The translations under genes and the position numbers were made by a program. Under the pieces are notes generated by a model that was not told the origin of the DNA, did no database searches, and worked only from the letters and a program-made list of their open reading frames with translations. A DNA stretch of 64,000 nucleotides, from the IMG/VR virus record IMGVR_UViG_3300007735_000804, positions 1-64,000 of that record; one strand, given 5' to 3'. Of the stretch, positions 18,231-29,588 are shown piece by piece (within the stretch, counting starts at the first letter, position 1; each line of letters begins with the position of its first letter).

Positions 18231-19465
18231 CAGACAATTTCAATATACGGTAAAGGAAAAATAAACTTGCCTCCAGAACTTCTATACTCTTTTTCTCTTT
18301 GTATAATTCCATTTCTAAAGTGCCAAGGCAGAACAATCATGTAATCTGGTTTAATTTGTTTGACTTCAGACTCTGGAATAATTGGTATGTTTGTTCCTGG
18401 AGTTACACATCCATATTTGTCAGGATTAACTTCACCAATAGCAATAATATCTTCTGATGTTAATCCACACCATTGTAGCATAACATTACCTTTTGTGGAA
18501 GCACCATAACCATAAACTGTTTTACCATCAGCCCTCAAACCTCTGATTAAATTAACTAGTGATTCTTTATGAGATTCTACTCTTTCTGCAAACTCATAAT
18601 AAGGTTTAAGTGTATCTAAACCCATCTTATATTCTTCATCAATCAACCAATTAATAACTGCGGAATTAACTTTGATTTCAGTATTAGTATCTTTACACGC
18701 AGTCACAGCAAAACTACCACCATTAATATCATTCAAAGATACATCAACAATTTTCATTCCAGCAAGAGAAAGAATCTTGTTAACAGAAAGCATTGAATAA
18801 TATTCAATATGTTCATGACATGCAGTGTCATATGAAGTAGCTCGAAGCGTTGATGGTAAATATGCCTGCTCAAAGTGCCACAAACCATCATCAGAAAGAA
18901 TATCATGAATATCCTTTACAAAGGATACTGGGTCATCTAAATCATAAAAACAAGAAATAGATGTTACTAACTTACACTTTTTATCTTTCTCAACCGAATA
19001 GTATGATTCTTTTGAGAAGAAGTCTGCAACATATGCAATCTCTTCTGGATAATAATCAAGAAATTTTTTAATTGTTGGATCAATACCAATTCTCTTCGTA
19101 AACGTTGGCAGTGCTTTTAAGAAGGTGCAATCATTTGAACCGATATCAACAACTACATCACCATCTTTAAGTTCACATAATTCGGATAGATAACTAGCCT
19201 TTTGATTCAAGTGCTGAACCATTGAGTTATTCAAACTAGAAAGGTAACCATAGTTATCCCCATACATCTCTGTTGGTTCATATGTATGTTTTAATTGAAC
19301 CAAATAACTAGACGGACTCCAGACTAATTCAAGTGGACCGATTCCAACATCTTCATTTGGTTTTGGAAACACTCCCGTGAGATTTTGATTTCCAAGATTT
19401 AAAATTGTTTTAAGATCTTGAGTTTTTGTTACTCTACATGAATCAATTTCTTTGTAATTGGACAT
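18230..19465 (-). CDS. NDP-hexose C-methyltransferase
   Basis: VVDIGSND, HEHIEYYS, GYGASTKGN, PGTNIPI. Confidence 0.88.
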   Translation of the reverse strand: MSNYKEIDSCRVTKTQDLKTILNLGNQNLTGVFPKPNEDVGIGPLELVWSPSSYLVQLKHTYEPTEMYGDNYGYLSSLNNSMVQHLNQKASYLSELCELKDGDVVVDIGSNDCTFLKALPTFTKRIGIDPTIKKFLDYYPEEIAYVADFFSKESYYSVEKDKKCKLVTSISCFYDLDDPVSFVKDIHDILSDDGLWHFEQAYLPSTLRATSYDTACHEHIEYYSMLSVNKILSLAGMKIVDVSLNDINGGSFAVTACKDTNTEIKVNSAVINWLIDEEYKMGLDTLKPYYEFAERVESHKESLVNLIRGLRADGKTVYGYGASTKGNVMLQWCGLTSEDIIAIGEVNPDKYGCVTPGTNIPIIPESEVKQIKPDYMIVLPWHFRNGIIQREKEYRSSGGKFIFPLPYIEIV

Positions 19466-20394
19466 TATTCAAATTCCTCAATAATAGATAAAAGACCTTT
19501 GCATCGATTTATATAAGTGTGATCTTTTTTAACCACTTCCATTAAATGGATTATCAAATCTGTATTATATTGATTTTTTATACCCAAGTCATAAATTTCT
19601 TGAGCATTATCTGATGTTAAGAGATTATCGCTGATAAAACTTTTTGCATAATCACAATCAGAAACTACTAAACAACCGTAACTGATTGCTTTCATAATTC
19701 TATCTGAAGTATAACGATTTATCTTTTGTTCTTTAGGTCTAAAATCTGGAACAAAGATAGATTTTTGCATCAAATACATGTGTTCATCTTCAGTAGCTGG
19801 GTTAACCCAAGGATCCCTATGGGTAAAAGGAATATTATTATTTTTAATTATTTCTATAAAGTTTTGATGAAGTGGTTCACAATTAACTCTCGGTGCATGA
19901 ATAGTTCCTACAAAGTTATATTCATTATCCCTTTTAATTTTTGCCCAATCAAAATTTATTTCATGGGGTAGAAGATTAGTCGCATAATGAAAATGAATTA
20001 CATTATAATCTTCTATTGAATCATTATCAAATACCACTCCCTTTTCAATTTCAAGGTATCTTTCTCCATCTGGGATTGGATGTTTATATTCAGCTACTCT
20101 ATAATTAATTAAACCCTTAACCTTTCCCAGATATTTATTCAGATTGGTAAAGGTGTCATATGAAAAGTATATTCCAGATTCTAAAATTGGAACATTATTT
20201 TCAGACCTACCCTGGTTATCTACAAAAAATACTGCATTCTCATAATTAAACTCATCTACAGAAGGATAATTACCATCATGAAACCAATAAACTTGACTAC
20301 CAAGATATTCAAAAGCTTTTTTTAATCCATAATAAATGTATGAATGAGTATGAGATAAATGAGGGTATCCCCATAGAATAATTTTCCTATTCAT
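19465..20394 (-). CDS. Putative glycosyltransferase
   Basis: HTHSYI; C-terminal RIMKAISYG...HTYINR. Confidence 0.6.
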   Translation of the reverse strand: MNRKIILWGYPHLSHTHSYIYYGLKKAFEYLGSQVYWFHDGNYPSVDEFNYENAVFFVDNQGRSENNVPILESGIYFSYDTFTNLNKYLGKVKGLINYRVAEYKHPIPDGERYLEIEKGVVFDNDSIEDYNVIHFHYATNLLPHEINFDWAKIKRDNEYNFVGTIHAPRVNCEPLHQNFIEIIKNNNIPFTHRDPWVNPATEDEHMYLMQKSIFVPDFRPKEQKINRYTSDRIMKAISYGCLVVSDCDYAKSFISDNLLTSDNAQEIYDLGIKNQYNTDLIIHLMEVVKKDHTYINRCKGLLSIIEEFE

Positions 20395-21416
20395 CTAGTG
20401 ACCCTCAAATCACATTCACACATTTCTTCAACAAGTTTTTCAAATGTGTATTCAGGTTTCCAACCAAGAACCTCTTTTGCCTTTGTACAATCACCAACTA
20501 GAGATTCTACTTCTGCAGGTCTATAATAATCTGGATTAATTTGAACTAATACTTTACCAGTATTTTTATCTATCGCAACTTCATCCTTACCTTCTCCAGA
20601 CCATTCAATATCGAACCCAATATAGTTGCAAGAAACATTGACAAAATCTCTTACAGAATGTTGTTCTTCCATAGAAACAACATAGTCATCAGCAAAATCA
20701 TGTTGTAACATTAACCACATAGATTTTACATAGTCTTTAGCATGTCCCCAATCTCTTTTGGCATCCAAATTTCCTAATTCAAGAGGTCCCTTTTTCTGAC
20801 CATTTTTTATTTCAGAAAGTGTTTTAGTAATTTTTTTTGTTACAAAAAGTTCACCTCTTCTAGGTGATTCATGATTAAAAAGTATTCCATTGCAACCAAA
20901 AAGATTATAAGACTCTCTATAATTTTTAGTAATCCAAAATCCATATAGTTTAGAAACACCATATGGAGATCTTGGATAAAATGGTGTGGTTTCTCTTTGG
21001 GGAACTTCTTGAACTTTGCCGAACAATTCAGAAGTAGAAGCCTGATAAAATCTAGTTTTATCTACAAGACCCAAAACTCTAATTGCTTCTAGCAATCTAA
21101 CTACACCAACAGCATCAACATCAGTCGTATAAAGAGAATTTGAAAAAGAAACTTTTACATGACTTTGTGCTGCTAAATTATAAACTTCATCTGGTTGAGT
21201 TTCTTGAATAATAGAAGTCACATTTGAAAAATCACTCAAATCACCATAATGCAATTTGATATTAGGATCTACCAACAACTCTTTTATACGATCAGTGCAA
21301 TCAGATGTAGAATTTCTACGGATGATACCATGAACCTTATACCCTTTACCTAAAAGTAATTCTGCAAGATACGATCCATCTTGCCCAGTAATTCCTGTAA
21401 TTAATGCTGTTTTCAT
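20391..21416 (-). CDS. gmd: GDP-mannose 4,6-dehydratase
   Basis: [37 protein letters not shown]. Confidence 0.96.
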   Translation of the reverse strand: MKTALITGITGQDGSYLAELLLGKGYKVHGIIRRNSTSDCTDRIKELLVDPNIKLHYGDLSDFSNVTSIIQETQPDEVYNLAAQSHVKVSFSNSLYTTDVDAVGVVRLLEAIRVLGLVDKTRFYQASTSELFGKVQEVPQRETTPFYPRSPYGVSKLYGFWITKNYRESYNLFGCNGILFNHESPRRGELFVTKKITKTLSEIKNGQKKGPLELGNLDAKRDWGHAKDYVKSMWLMLQHDFADDYVVSMEEQHSVRDFVNVSCNYIGFDIEWSGEGKDEVAIDKNTGKVLVQINPDYYRPAEVESLVGDCTKAKEVLGWKPEYTFEKLVEEMCECDLRVTR

Positions 21417-21423
21417 TTTAAAA

Positions 21424-22173
21424 TTAATAATGAACCTTGAAATCTACTTTTTCAACTTTGACTTGATTATTTAAAATATGATGCTTCAATAAAAGTTCGT
21501 TACACCAGTACCCATCAATTTCATTAGACTGATTTACTAAATCATTAAGGTGATTATACACATTGGAGTAAATATTCATTACATTAGTTCTCCCCATTGC
21601 AAACCAATCTGCAATCATATCATCTGGTTGATATAAGTCATGATAAATTAATACATTATCTTCAAATTCATCAGTAAACATTTCATCAAATTTTAAAACC
21701 AAATGTGGAGCATGATCAATTCTATTTCTAATAACTAAATCATAAGTAACATTATTATCAACACAATATTGATTCTTAATATTATTTGACATCATTATAC
21801 TATAAAACATGCTATTTGCGGTGTTGCAAATATATTCTTTTGCCGAGTCTAAACCTGATGCAACTTCCAATGCCCAGGTCCATGCCTTAACAAAACAAAG
21901 ATCTGTAAACTCATATTTCTCATCCCAAAATTTCGGTCTATCGACTAAAATCTTTTTAGGTTTATAATACTGTTTTAATTTTTCAATTGCATTCGAATTT
22001 AATCTGTTTCCCTCTCTTCCTGGAATAACAGAATTTGTACTTAAATTATTTTTATCAAACCAAGTATGAATAAACACATCAACATCATTGTGTTTTAATA
22101 TTGACTCATTTAGGGCATGAAACCCACTATCAATCGATCTGGGTTGCCCAGATAAACAAAGTGCTATTTTCAT
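21424..22173 (-). CDS. Glycosyltransferase-like hypothetical protein
   Basis: [29 protein letters not shown]. Confidence 0.55.
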   Translation of the reverse strand: MKIALCLSGQPRSIDSGFHALNESILKHNDVDVFIHTWFDKNNLSTNSVIPGREGNRLNSNAIEKLKQYYKPKKILVDRPKFWDEKYEFTDLCFVKAWTWALEVASGLDSAKEYICNTANSMFYSIMMSNNIKNQYCVDNNVTYDLVIRNRIDHAPHLVLKFDEMFTDEFEDNVLIYHDLYQPDDMIADWFAMGRTNVMNIYSNVYNHLNDLVNQSNEIDGYWCNELLLKHHILNNQVKVEKVDFKVHY

Positions 22174-22616
22174 AATTTTACCAAATTTGGATAATCAGTA
22201 CAGACACCATAGCAATCAAACTGGGAATAATCTTGTGCTGATTCTTTATTTATTAGGGGGATAATACTGCGATTATTGACAGTGCCCATCAAATCATGTA
22301 CCCACACATGACCAGTGCTGGTTAAGGTAAAAGAATCTGATTGATGGCAAAAATACTTTACATCTTTATCCTTTAAGTAATATGCAGATTCAACATTCTT
22401 ACAATGAATCCAGAGATAATCCTTTCTTACATTTAACCAATTATAATCTACCTTATATTGGGGGTCATCATGACCCAACCACAGTTCACCATTAATTGAA
22501 CGAACATCAATCTCTACATGATATCCATTACCAATTGCACAATCAATATAACTAGGGCGATTTTCTTTATCTGGTATTGGACCACGAATGTTTCCTCGAT
22601 GAGAAATGATTATCAT
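22170..22616 (-). CDS. Glycerophosphodiester phosphodiesterase-like protein
   Basis: IISHRGN, EIDV, LGHD, WIHCKN. Confidence 0.7.
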   Translation of the reverse strand: MIIISHRGNIRGPIPDKENRPSYIDCAIGNGYHVEIDVRSINGELWLGHDDPQYKVDYNWLNVRKDYLWIHCKNVESAYYLKDKDVKYFCHQSDSFTLTSTGHVWVHDLMGTVNNRSIIPLINKESAQDYSQFDCYGVCTDYPNLVKL

Positions 22617-22924
22617 AGTTCTTCAATCCTCAATGCTTTATCTTCGATGAACAGATCGTAAAATGGTTTATCTGCTCGCAACTCGTGGTACTTTGCACCC
22701 CACTCTGCAAGTTGCTGCCTAGTTAGTTCGGTCCAGTCAATCTGTTTTCTAGATCCACGGGCAGTCCAATAAACGATTGTATGACCTTCCTCATAGAGTT
22801 TATTGATCTTATCTATATTTTCTTGAATGGGTTTTGCTTTGGTATAATCGTGAGTTGTGCCAAAGTCAACAGAAGTTTCCCGATGACAAATGGTTTCATC
22901 AATATCAACATAAATGACTTTCAT
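22613..22924 (-). CDS. HAD-family phosphatase (capsule-biosynthesis type)
   Basis: DIDETI, WTARG, KP.YDLFIEDK. Confidence 0.8.
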   Translation of the reverse strand: MKVIYVDIDETICHRETSVDFGTTHDYTKAKPIQENIDKINKLYEEGHTIVYWTARGSRKQIDWTELTRQQLAEWGAKYHELRADKPFYDLFIEDKALRIEEL

Positions 22925-23601
22925 TGATACATTGTTCTCCTATAAATTTCATTTGGGCAGGTATCAACATCAGAAACTTCTTGTTTGGTCAAGAACTTAA
23001 TTCCGCCCAGAAGTTTTGCTCCAATAAAAATATCAGCAGATTTTTCACACATTAAAGTTGCAGCAACACAATCTTTTTTAGATGCAGATGCTGTTATTAT
23101 ACCATGATTTTGAAGTAGAATCAACTTCGGAAAGAAACCTTCATGATCTACAAATGCAGAAACATGTTTTTCAACTAACTTTAAAATTGCCTCTCCAGGG
23201 GGAGCATAAGGAACTGTACAAGACTTTGTTCCGTTTCTTACAATTTGATCAGGAAACCATCTATGGCTAGCAAACTGATGCAACTGACTTGAACAAAGAA
23301 TTTTAGTTGTATGTGGTGGATGTGTATGTGCAATAAAATTAATCTCTGGAAAAGTCTTCATAATCCAAGCATGAAATGACGTTTCAATGCTTGGTTTTTT
23401 ATGTGAAGGATTTAACTGAACTCCATGAATATTACATAGAGTTAGATCTTCCTCTACTAGAGTATGAAGACTTGTCCCACTTGCCTTAATTAAGAATGTA
23501 TTTTCATTTTGGCGCATAGAAACATTTCCTTCGCCACAAATAGTGTAGTCACATATTTCATATGATAGATCTAGAAGTTCTTTAATTGGTGAAATAGTCA
23601 T
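22921..23601 (-). CDS. Class II aldolase/adducin family protein
   Basis: EGNVS, KPSIETSFH, HTHP, LQNHG. Confidence 0.88.
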   Translation of the reverse strand: MTISPIKELLDLSYEICDYTICGEGNVSMRQNENTFLIKASGTSLHTLVEEDLTLCNIHGVQLNPSHKKPSIETSFHAWIMKTFPEINFIAHTHPPHTTKILCSSQLHQFASHRWFPDQIVRNGTKSCTVPYAPPGEAILKLVEKHVSAFVDHEGFFPKLILLQNHGIITASASKKDCVAATLMCEKSADIFIGAKLLGGIKFLTKQEVSDVDTCPNEIYRRTMYQ

Positions 23602-25138
23602 TTTTATAAGAGTAGGGGTGCCAGTTTACTTTATTAAAAAATGTTTGCCAATATTTATAGGTGTTTAAATCATTGGGTGTTCCCCAACAAATATATTCAT
23701 CAACTTCAAAATTTCTAACAATATATCCTAGTTCAATTGCTTCATTGAGAAGATTATCAATATAAAATTCACCATTGGTTTTTATATTTTTTTCATATAA
23801 ATTTTTAAGGGAATTGAGATAAATGTCTTTATTTCTAAAGAACATTGTTCCAACAATTGCATATTCCTCTAAAGGATTATTACCAGTGAAATTTTTAACA
23901 TTTACTTTTCTAATAATATTTTCAGCATCTACATCTAACCAAGAATACATATTGGGATTATAATAACTTGTATAATTGTTTCTATAACTCCAAACTATAA
24001 TATCATTATCAGTATCACCAACCAATTCTAAAAATTTATCTGCATCGTAAAATACTCCATTATCACAAGTAGAAACAAGGATAGATCCATCACCACAATG
24101 TTCTAGAATCTTCTCCGTAGTGCAAGCCTGACCTTCCAGAACTTCATCAATCCATAAAACTTCCCCTTTTGGGTGTGGTGATGTTTGTCTTCTTAAGCAA
24201 GCATAGATTGTCCTATCAGTTTTAGGTAAGCAGCGAACTGCTTGTTCAAACATATTCTTATCATTAACTTGAATGAATGGTTTTGGTTGCTCATAACCTT
24301 CTTTAGAAAATCTACTACCAGCACCTGCCATAGGAAGTGCAAGAGTGCAGTTCTCAAGTCTAACTTCTTTTTGCCCCTTTAATGCTTTAGAATAATAATC
24401 AGACCACTTCAAATACATATCCAAATCAAGAGGAGTTCCCCACTGAAGCATATGGGAAATTTCATAAACTAAAGAAGTAAGATTATCATTATACAAAAAA
24501 TTATAAATTAGACTTACATAATATTCTCCACTTAAATTTACATCATCATCCATCATCTTTTGAAAATATTTTTTAATATACTTTCCTTTCCCGAAATAAT
24601 ATGTTCCAGTGGAAGCATATTCGTTCATCTTATTGTCAGTAAATGGATGTTTCTCCTGAACTTCTAAAATTTTATTAGAATCATCTACCTTACAAAAAGC
24701 ATAGTTATCACTACCCAACATGTGGGGGTGAAATCCAGTATAACAAACTACACATCCATCACAATTAGATTCATTCACAAACTTTTCAAAATCATCATAA
24801 TCCCAATACATTGAGAAGTCGCAGTAGTTAATAATGACTTGCTCTTCATCATCTATAAGATCATATACAAATGAAGTTGTATAGACTGGTCCTTTTTTGT
24901 GATTTGATATAATTTCTACATAACTATTATCAACTAAAGATTCTAATAAAAATTTTACATTATATAATTCTTCGTGAATTTTATTTACTATAAAAATAAA
25001 TTCAGAATTTTTTGGATACAAATCAATGATGTGCTCAATAACCTTTTTACCATCAATCTCAATGAGATATTTTGGAATTTCATAACCGACGTTTGCAAAT
25101 CGGTTACTCATTCCAGACATGGGTATTATGACTTTCAC
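23582..25138 (-). CDS. Tandem two-domain sugar-phosphate nucleotidyltransferase
   Basis: Two copies of the PMxGxxxRF...PK motif; GEYY/GEFY and WGTP twice. Confidence 0.82.
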   Translation of the reverse strand: MKVIIPMSGMSNRFANVGYEIPKYLIEIDGKKVIEHIIDLYPKNSEFIFIVNKIHEELYNVKFLLESLVDNSYVEIISNHKKGPVYTTSFVYDLIDDEEQVIINYCDFSMYWDYDDFEKFVNESNCDGCVVCYTGFHPHMLGSDNYAFCKVDDSNKILEVQEKHPFTDNKMNEYASTGTYYFGKGKYIKKYFQKMMDDDVNLSGEYYVSLIYNFLYNDNLTSLVYEISHMLQWGTPLDLDMYLKWSDYYSKALKGQKEVRLENCTLALPMAGAGSRFSKEGYEQPKPFIQVNDKNMFEQAVRCLPKTDRTIYACLRRQTSPHPKGEVLWIDEVLEGQACTTEKILEHCGDGSILVSTCDNGVFYDADKFLELVGDTDNDIIVWSYRNNYTSYYNPNMYSWLDVDAENIIRKVNVKNFTGNNPLEEYAIVGTMFFRNKDIYLNSLKNLYEKNIKTNGEFYIDNLLNEAIELGYIVRNFEVDEYICWGTPNDLNTYKYWQTFFNKVNWHPYSYKNDYFTN

Positions 25139-25788
25139 AATTCAAAAGTGTCTTTAATTTCTTGAATTAGTTCTGCATTATTTGAAGCAACACCCAATCC
25201 ACAAGAATTTGTAAAATTAACTTTGGGAACTTCTAATTGAGAAAAGAAAAGACCAACAGTATCAGGATTAGAAACAGTATCGTGAAACAAAATTACACCA
25301 TCCTCTTTAAGGAGAGGTGCCCAAGTCTCACAATCATTTTTACAGTTTTGGTAGTCATGAAGACCATCGATATGTAAAAGATCTATTTCTTTATCCCAAG
25401 TTTTTGCAACATCATCAAAATACCCTTTGATGATCTCCAAATTATTCAGTTTAAGCTTTTCTTTAGCCGATATTACAAATTCATAATCACGATCTTGTCG
25501 AATTCCATGCTTTGAAATATCAAAACAATCTATACCATAAACTACATTTTCTTGACACATTGCCATGACAAATGCAGAATAACCATAGTCAACTCCCAAT
25601 TCAACTGTAATTTCAGGTTTGATTCTTTCAATCAACCATTTAACAAATTCATAGTGACCTTTTGGAGGAACATTCCAAGCAGATGGAATTGCTCCTAGAA
25701 TTTCACTCACATTGTCATCATCGAGAGATAAAACATATTCTCTCCAATCTTCTCTTTTATTTTCAAACCAAGAAAAATTTTCAACCAT
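25135..25788 (-). CDS. Class I SAM methyltransferase (Methyltransf_24-like)
   Basis: VELGVDYGYS, LHIDGLHDY, ILFHD. Confidence 0.85.
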   Translation of the reverse strand: MVENFSWFENKREDWREYVLSLDDDNVSEILGAIPSAWNVPPKGHYEFVKWLIERIKPEITVELGVDYGYSAFVMAMCQENVVYGIDCFDISKHGIRQDRDYEFVISAKEKLKLNNLEIIKGYFDDVAKTWDKEIDLLHIDGLHDYQNCKNDCETWAPLLKEDGVILFHDTVSNPDTVGLFFSQLEVPKVNFTNSCGLGVASNNAELIQEIKDTFEL

Positions 25789-26824
25789 TTAATTGCTCCT
25801 TAATCCAATTGTAAGTTTTACTAATTCCTTCTTCAAGGGTTTGGGAATAATCCCACCCAAGTTTTTCACGAATCAAATCATTATTAGAGTTACGTCCACG
25901 AACACCCAAAGGACCAGGGACATGATTCTTCTCAACTTTTTTACCAGCAACTTTTGCAGCAGTATCTGCAAGTTGATTAATAGTGACCATTTCTTCAGAT
26001 CCAATATTCACAGGACCGAGAAAATCAGATTGCATTAAACGACGAGTTGCTTCAATACATTCATCAATGTAGAGGAATGAACGAGTCTGCTTACCATCAC
26101 CCCAGATCTCAATTTCACCAGCGTCTTCAGTAAGTTCTGCAACCTTACGGCAAATTGCTGCAGGTGATTTTTCTTTACCACCAGTCCAAGTTCCTTCAGG
26201 TCCAAAAATATTGTGATAACGAGCAACTCTTACAGGAATCCCGTAGTTGCGGTGATAGGCAAAGTAAAGACGTTCAGAGAAAAGTTTTTCCCAACCATAC
26301 TCTGAATCAGGGGCAGCAGGGTAAGCATCGGATTCTTTTAGACCTGGGTTATCTACATCCATCTGTGCATATTCTGGATACATGCAAGCAGATGAAGAAT
26401 AGAAAATCTTTGTTGTATTTTTTCCACACTTCTCATTCAATTCTTTAACTGAACGAAGAACATTTAAATTGATAGTCGCAGAATTATTCATAACATCTGC
26501 ATCATGATCACCCGTAAAAATATATCCAGCGCCGCCCATGTCAGCAGCAAACTGATAGATCTCATCAAAGGGTTGGATGTAACGATAAGGAACAGAGTTA
26601 TAAAAGTTACCTCTGTCACCTTTATATTCAACAACCTTACTTACAAAATTTGCATTAGTAAGATCTCCTCTAATAAATTCATTTGCTTCATGTTTAGAAT
26701 ATTCTGGATACTTAAGGTCTACACCACGAACCCAATAACCTTCGGATCGCAGTCTACGCACCATATGACTTCCAATAAAACCACCAGCACCAAGTACAAG
26801 TGCTTTCTTGACGTATTGACTCAT
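25781..26824 (-). CDS. GDP-mannose 3,5-epimerase-like SDR
   Basis: GAGGFIG, AADMGGAG, SSACMYP, YGWEK, GVRGRNS. Confidence 0.88.
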   Translation of the reverse strand: MSQYVKKALVLGAGGFIGSHMVRRLRSEGYWVRGVDLKYPEYSKHEANEFIRGDLTNANFVSKVVEYKGDRGNFYNSVPYRYIQPFDEIYQFAADMGGAGYIFTGDHDADVMNNSATINLNVLRSVKELNEKCGKNTTKIFYSSSACMYPEYAQMDVDNPGLKESDAYPAAPDSEYGWEKLFSERLYFAYHRNYGIPVRVARYHNIFGPEGTWTGGKEKSPAAICRKVAELTEDAGEIEIWGDGKQTRSFLYIDECIEATRRLMQSDFLGPVNIGSEEMVTINQLADTAAKVAGKKVEKNHVPGPLGVRGRNSNNDLIREKLGWDYSQTLEEGISKTYNWIKEQLNG

Positions 26825-26856
26825 AGATAAAAATTACTCCTAGTATATATTCTACA

Positions 26857-27657
26857 TTACAAACAAGTAGTTTGCAAGCCCTTTTCTAAAGAGATACTTT
26901 GATTGAATCCCAAAGATTTAAGTTTACCAACATTCAAGTAATAATCAAGTGCTGGATTAGGTAGATAATTAATTGTACTTTTGCTATCTAATATTTTTTT
27001 ACTATATTCAACAGCATCTTTAAATTCTGTAATTACTCCAGTTCCTATATTATAAATCTGATTAGTTTTCGAGTTATTCATTAATTGATAAAAAGCATTG
27101 CAGACATCATCTACAAAAATAAAATCTCTTTTGAACTTGCCATAGTTGTAAAGATCTACATCTTGATCATTTTTTAATAGATTAATGATATAACCAATAA
27201 CATTTTTCTTAAAAGAGCAATTCTTATCTTTACCATAAACATTTGCTAATCGAAAGATACGATACTTAACTCCAAATGTTTCGCAGAATGTTATTAACAT
27301 CTGCTCTGCAGTTCTTTTAGTTATTGAATAAAACCCTTTAGGATTACAAGAATCTTCCTCAGAAGCATTAATCACTTCAGAACCATAGACAAATCCAGAA
27401 CTGACAAAATTAAAAGTGATATTTTCACTTCTACAGTTATCTAGAACATCCATCAATACATTTAGATTTGTATTAATATCTACGTGAAGGTCTTCGTAGA
27501 TATTATGATTGGTGGTTGTGCTGATGCAATACAAGATATTATTAGTCTCTGGAACTTTCTGGTCTCTTGGAATTTTTACTCCACCATAAAGTTCGCAGAA
27601 CCGACCACCAATAAATCCAGTCGCACCAAATACAGATGTGTCACTCATACTTATCAC
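26857..27657 (-). CDS. NAD-dependent epimerase/dehydratase
   Basis: GATGFIG, YSITK, RDFIFVDD. Confidence 0.85.
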   Translation of the reverse strand: MISMSDTSVFGATGFIGGRFCELYGGVKIPRDQKVPETNNILYCISTTTNHNIYEDLHVDINTNLNVLMDVLDNCRSENITFNFVSSGFVYGSEVINASEEDSCNPKGFYSITKRTAEQMLITFCETFGVKYRIFRLANVYGKDKNCSFKKNVIGYIINLLKNDQDVDLYNYGKFKRDFIFVDDVCNAFYQLMNNSKTNQIYNIGTGVITEFKDAVEYSKKILDSKSTINYLPNPALDYYLNVGKLKSLGFNQSISLEKGLQTTCL

Positions 27658-28177
27658 AATCCTTAAATGATACTCCCTTAAGATCTTTGTCAGAAAGAAT
27701 CGGAGATGCTAAATTCCAATTAATATTCAAATCTTCATCATTCCACAAAAGAGTACGTTCATGTTCTTGGTAACGATAATCAGTTACCTTATATAATACT
27801 TCTGCTTGATGTGAGAGAACACAAAAACTATGAGCAAATCCAGGTGGAACCCATAACTGTTCAGATCCTGGCGAAAGTTTAACTCCTATCCATTCTCCAA
27901 ATGTTGGGGAACTTTTACGCAAATCAACAATTACATCATAAATCTCACCAGCAATACATCGAACAAGTTTACCTTGTGCATGTTCAATCTGATAATGCAA
28001 ACCTCGTAAAACATTTTTTGTAGAAACTGAATGACAGTCCTGTACAAATTCATAATTTCCAATAATTTTTTGAATATCACGAAGATTAAAAGACTCAGTG
28101 AAAGAACCTCGACTATCTTCAAAAATATTTGTGCTAATAATGTATGCGTCTTTTAGACTAGTTCCGATTGCGTTCAT
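27641..28177 (-). CDS. rmlC: dTDP-4-dehydrorhamnose 3,5-epimerase
   Basis: DSRGSF, LRGLHYQ, VPPGFAH, LSDKD. Confidence 0.93.
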   Translation of the reverse strand: MNAIGTSLKDAYIISTNIFEDSRGSFTESFNLRDIQKIIGNYEFVQDCHSVSTKNVLRGLHYQIEHAQGKLVRCIAGEIYDVIVDLRKSSPTFGEWIGVKLSPGSEQLWVPPGFAHSFCVLSHQAEVLYKVTDYRYQEHERTLLWNDEDLNINWNLASPILSDKDLKGVSFKDCDKYE

Positions 28178-29084
28178 ACCATTTAATTGTTTTATCAAGT
28201 CCATTTTCAAAAGTAAATCTAGGAGACCAGTCCAATTTATTTTTTATCTTTGTAATATCTGTAGAATAACGACGATCATGTCCCAGTCTATCATCTACAT
28301 ATTCTATCATATCTTCAGTCATATTCATACGCTCTAAAATCATCTTAACCAAATCAATGTTGCGAAGTTCGCATTCACCACCTATATTATACTTTTCACC
28401 AATAGAACCCCTTTCAGCAATTGCTGAAAGTGCCTCACAATGATCTTGAACATATAACCAATCCCGAATTTGTTTACCATCACCATAGATAGGAACTTTC
28501 TTACCAACTAAAAGATTGCTAATAGTTTTAGGTATCATTTTTTCATGATACTGCCTTGGTCCATAGTTATTAGAACAGTTTGTAATTATGGTGGGCAACC
28601 CATAAGTATTATGATATGCCATTACAAAATGATCACTTGCTGCTTTAGATGCCGAATATGGATTCCTTGGAGAATAATTAGACTCTTCAGTGAATGAACC
28701 CGCATTTATGGAACCATAAACTTCGTCTGTAGAAATGTGAAGAAACTTTTCAATTCCATTCTTAACAGCAAGATTTAAAAGATTAACTGTTCCCTCAATA
28801 TTTGTATGAATGAATTCTGAACAATTTTTAATTGAGTTATCAACATGACTTTCTGCAGCAAAATGAAAAATTGTTTTAATTTTGTGCTTATCAAAAACAT
28901 ATTGACAACTCTGTTCAGAAGCAATATCAATTGTATAAAATTTGACTGGATCTGGTATGTTGTGCCAGTCTGCAGCATATGTCAATTTATCAATACAAAT
29001 AAGTTCTTCATCAGTTTTTGTCGATAAGTGATGAAGAAAATTACTTCCAATAAATCCTGCACCACCTGTAACTAAAATTGCCAT
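28158..29084 (-). CDS. rmlB: dTDP-glucose 4,6-dehydratase
   Basis: GGAGFIGSN, AAESHVD, STDEVYG, PYSASK, CSNNYGP. Confidence 0.95.
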   Translation of the reverse strand: MAILVTGGAGFIGSNFLHHLSTKTDEELICIDKLTYAADWHNIPDPVKFYTIDIASEQSCQYVFDKHKIKTIFHFAAESHVDNSIKNCSEFIHTNIEGTVNLLNLAVKNGIEKFLHISTDEVYGSINAGSFTEESNYSPRNPYSASKAASDHFVMAYHNTYGLPTIITNCSNNYGPRQYHEKMIPKTISNLLVGKKVPIYGDGKQIRDWLYVQDHCEALSAIAERGSIGEKYNIGGECELRNIDLVKMILERMNMTEDMIEYVDDRLGHDRRYSTDITKIKNKLDWSPRFTFENGLDKTIKWYERNRN

Positions 29085-29087
29085 TGA

Positions 29088-29588
29088 TTAATCACTTCTT
29101 AATGAATATTTTTCTAAAAGTTGTGGGGAGTATTGTTCTAAAACAGGTGCATCTCCACTCTCTTCTCTTTTTTTCTTCTCAAGATCATATACTCTATTTC
29201 TAATTTCAGTTGAAGAATACTTATGTTTTCTCAAATGATAAAATAAGTCTATATCATGATCAATACAATACTGTTTACCAGTAAAGTCTCTATCTACATA
29301 CTCTTCACTCAAAAAACGGATATGAATTGTTTGAGTTTGAATTAGATTAAGTAAATCTTCTTCAGTCTCATAAACTAGAATCTCATCAACATATTTACAT
29401 GCTTGAAGTTGAACATAACGTTCATATACAGATTGAGCTGGTTTATTTTTAACACCAGGTCTATCAATTGTTGGATCAACTTGAAGTGCAACTTTAAGAT
29501 AATCACACATTTCTTTTTCCATTTTGAGCATTGTAACATGCCCAGCATGAAATAAATCAAACGAGCTACAATTAAATCCTATTTTCAT
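29088..29588 (-). CDS. Cytidylyltransferase, TagD-like
   Basis: FDLFHAGH (HxGH), SSTEIR. Confidence 0.85.
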   Translation of the reverse strand: MKIGFNCSSFDLFHAGHVTMLKMEKEMCDYLKVALQVDPTIDRPGVKNKPAQSVYERYVQLQACKYVDEILVYETEEDLLNLIQTQTIHIRFLSEEYVDRDFTGKQYCIDHDIDLFYHLRKHKYSSTEIRNRVYDLEKKKREESGDAPVLEQYSPQLLEKYSLRSD

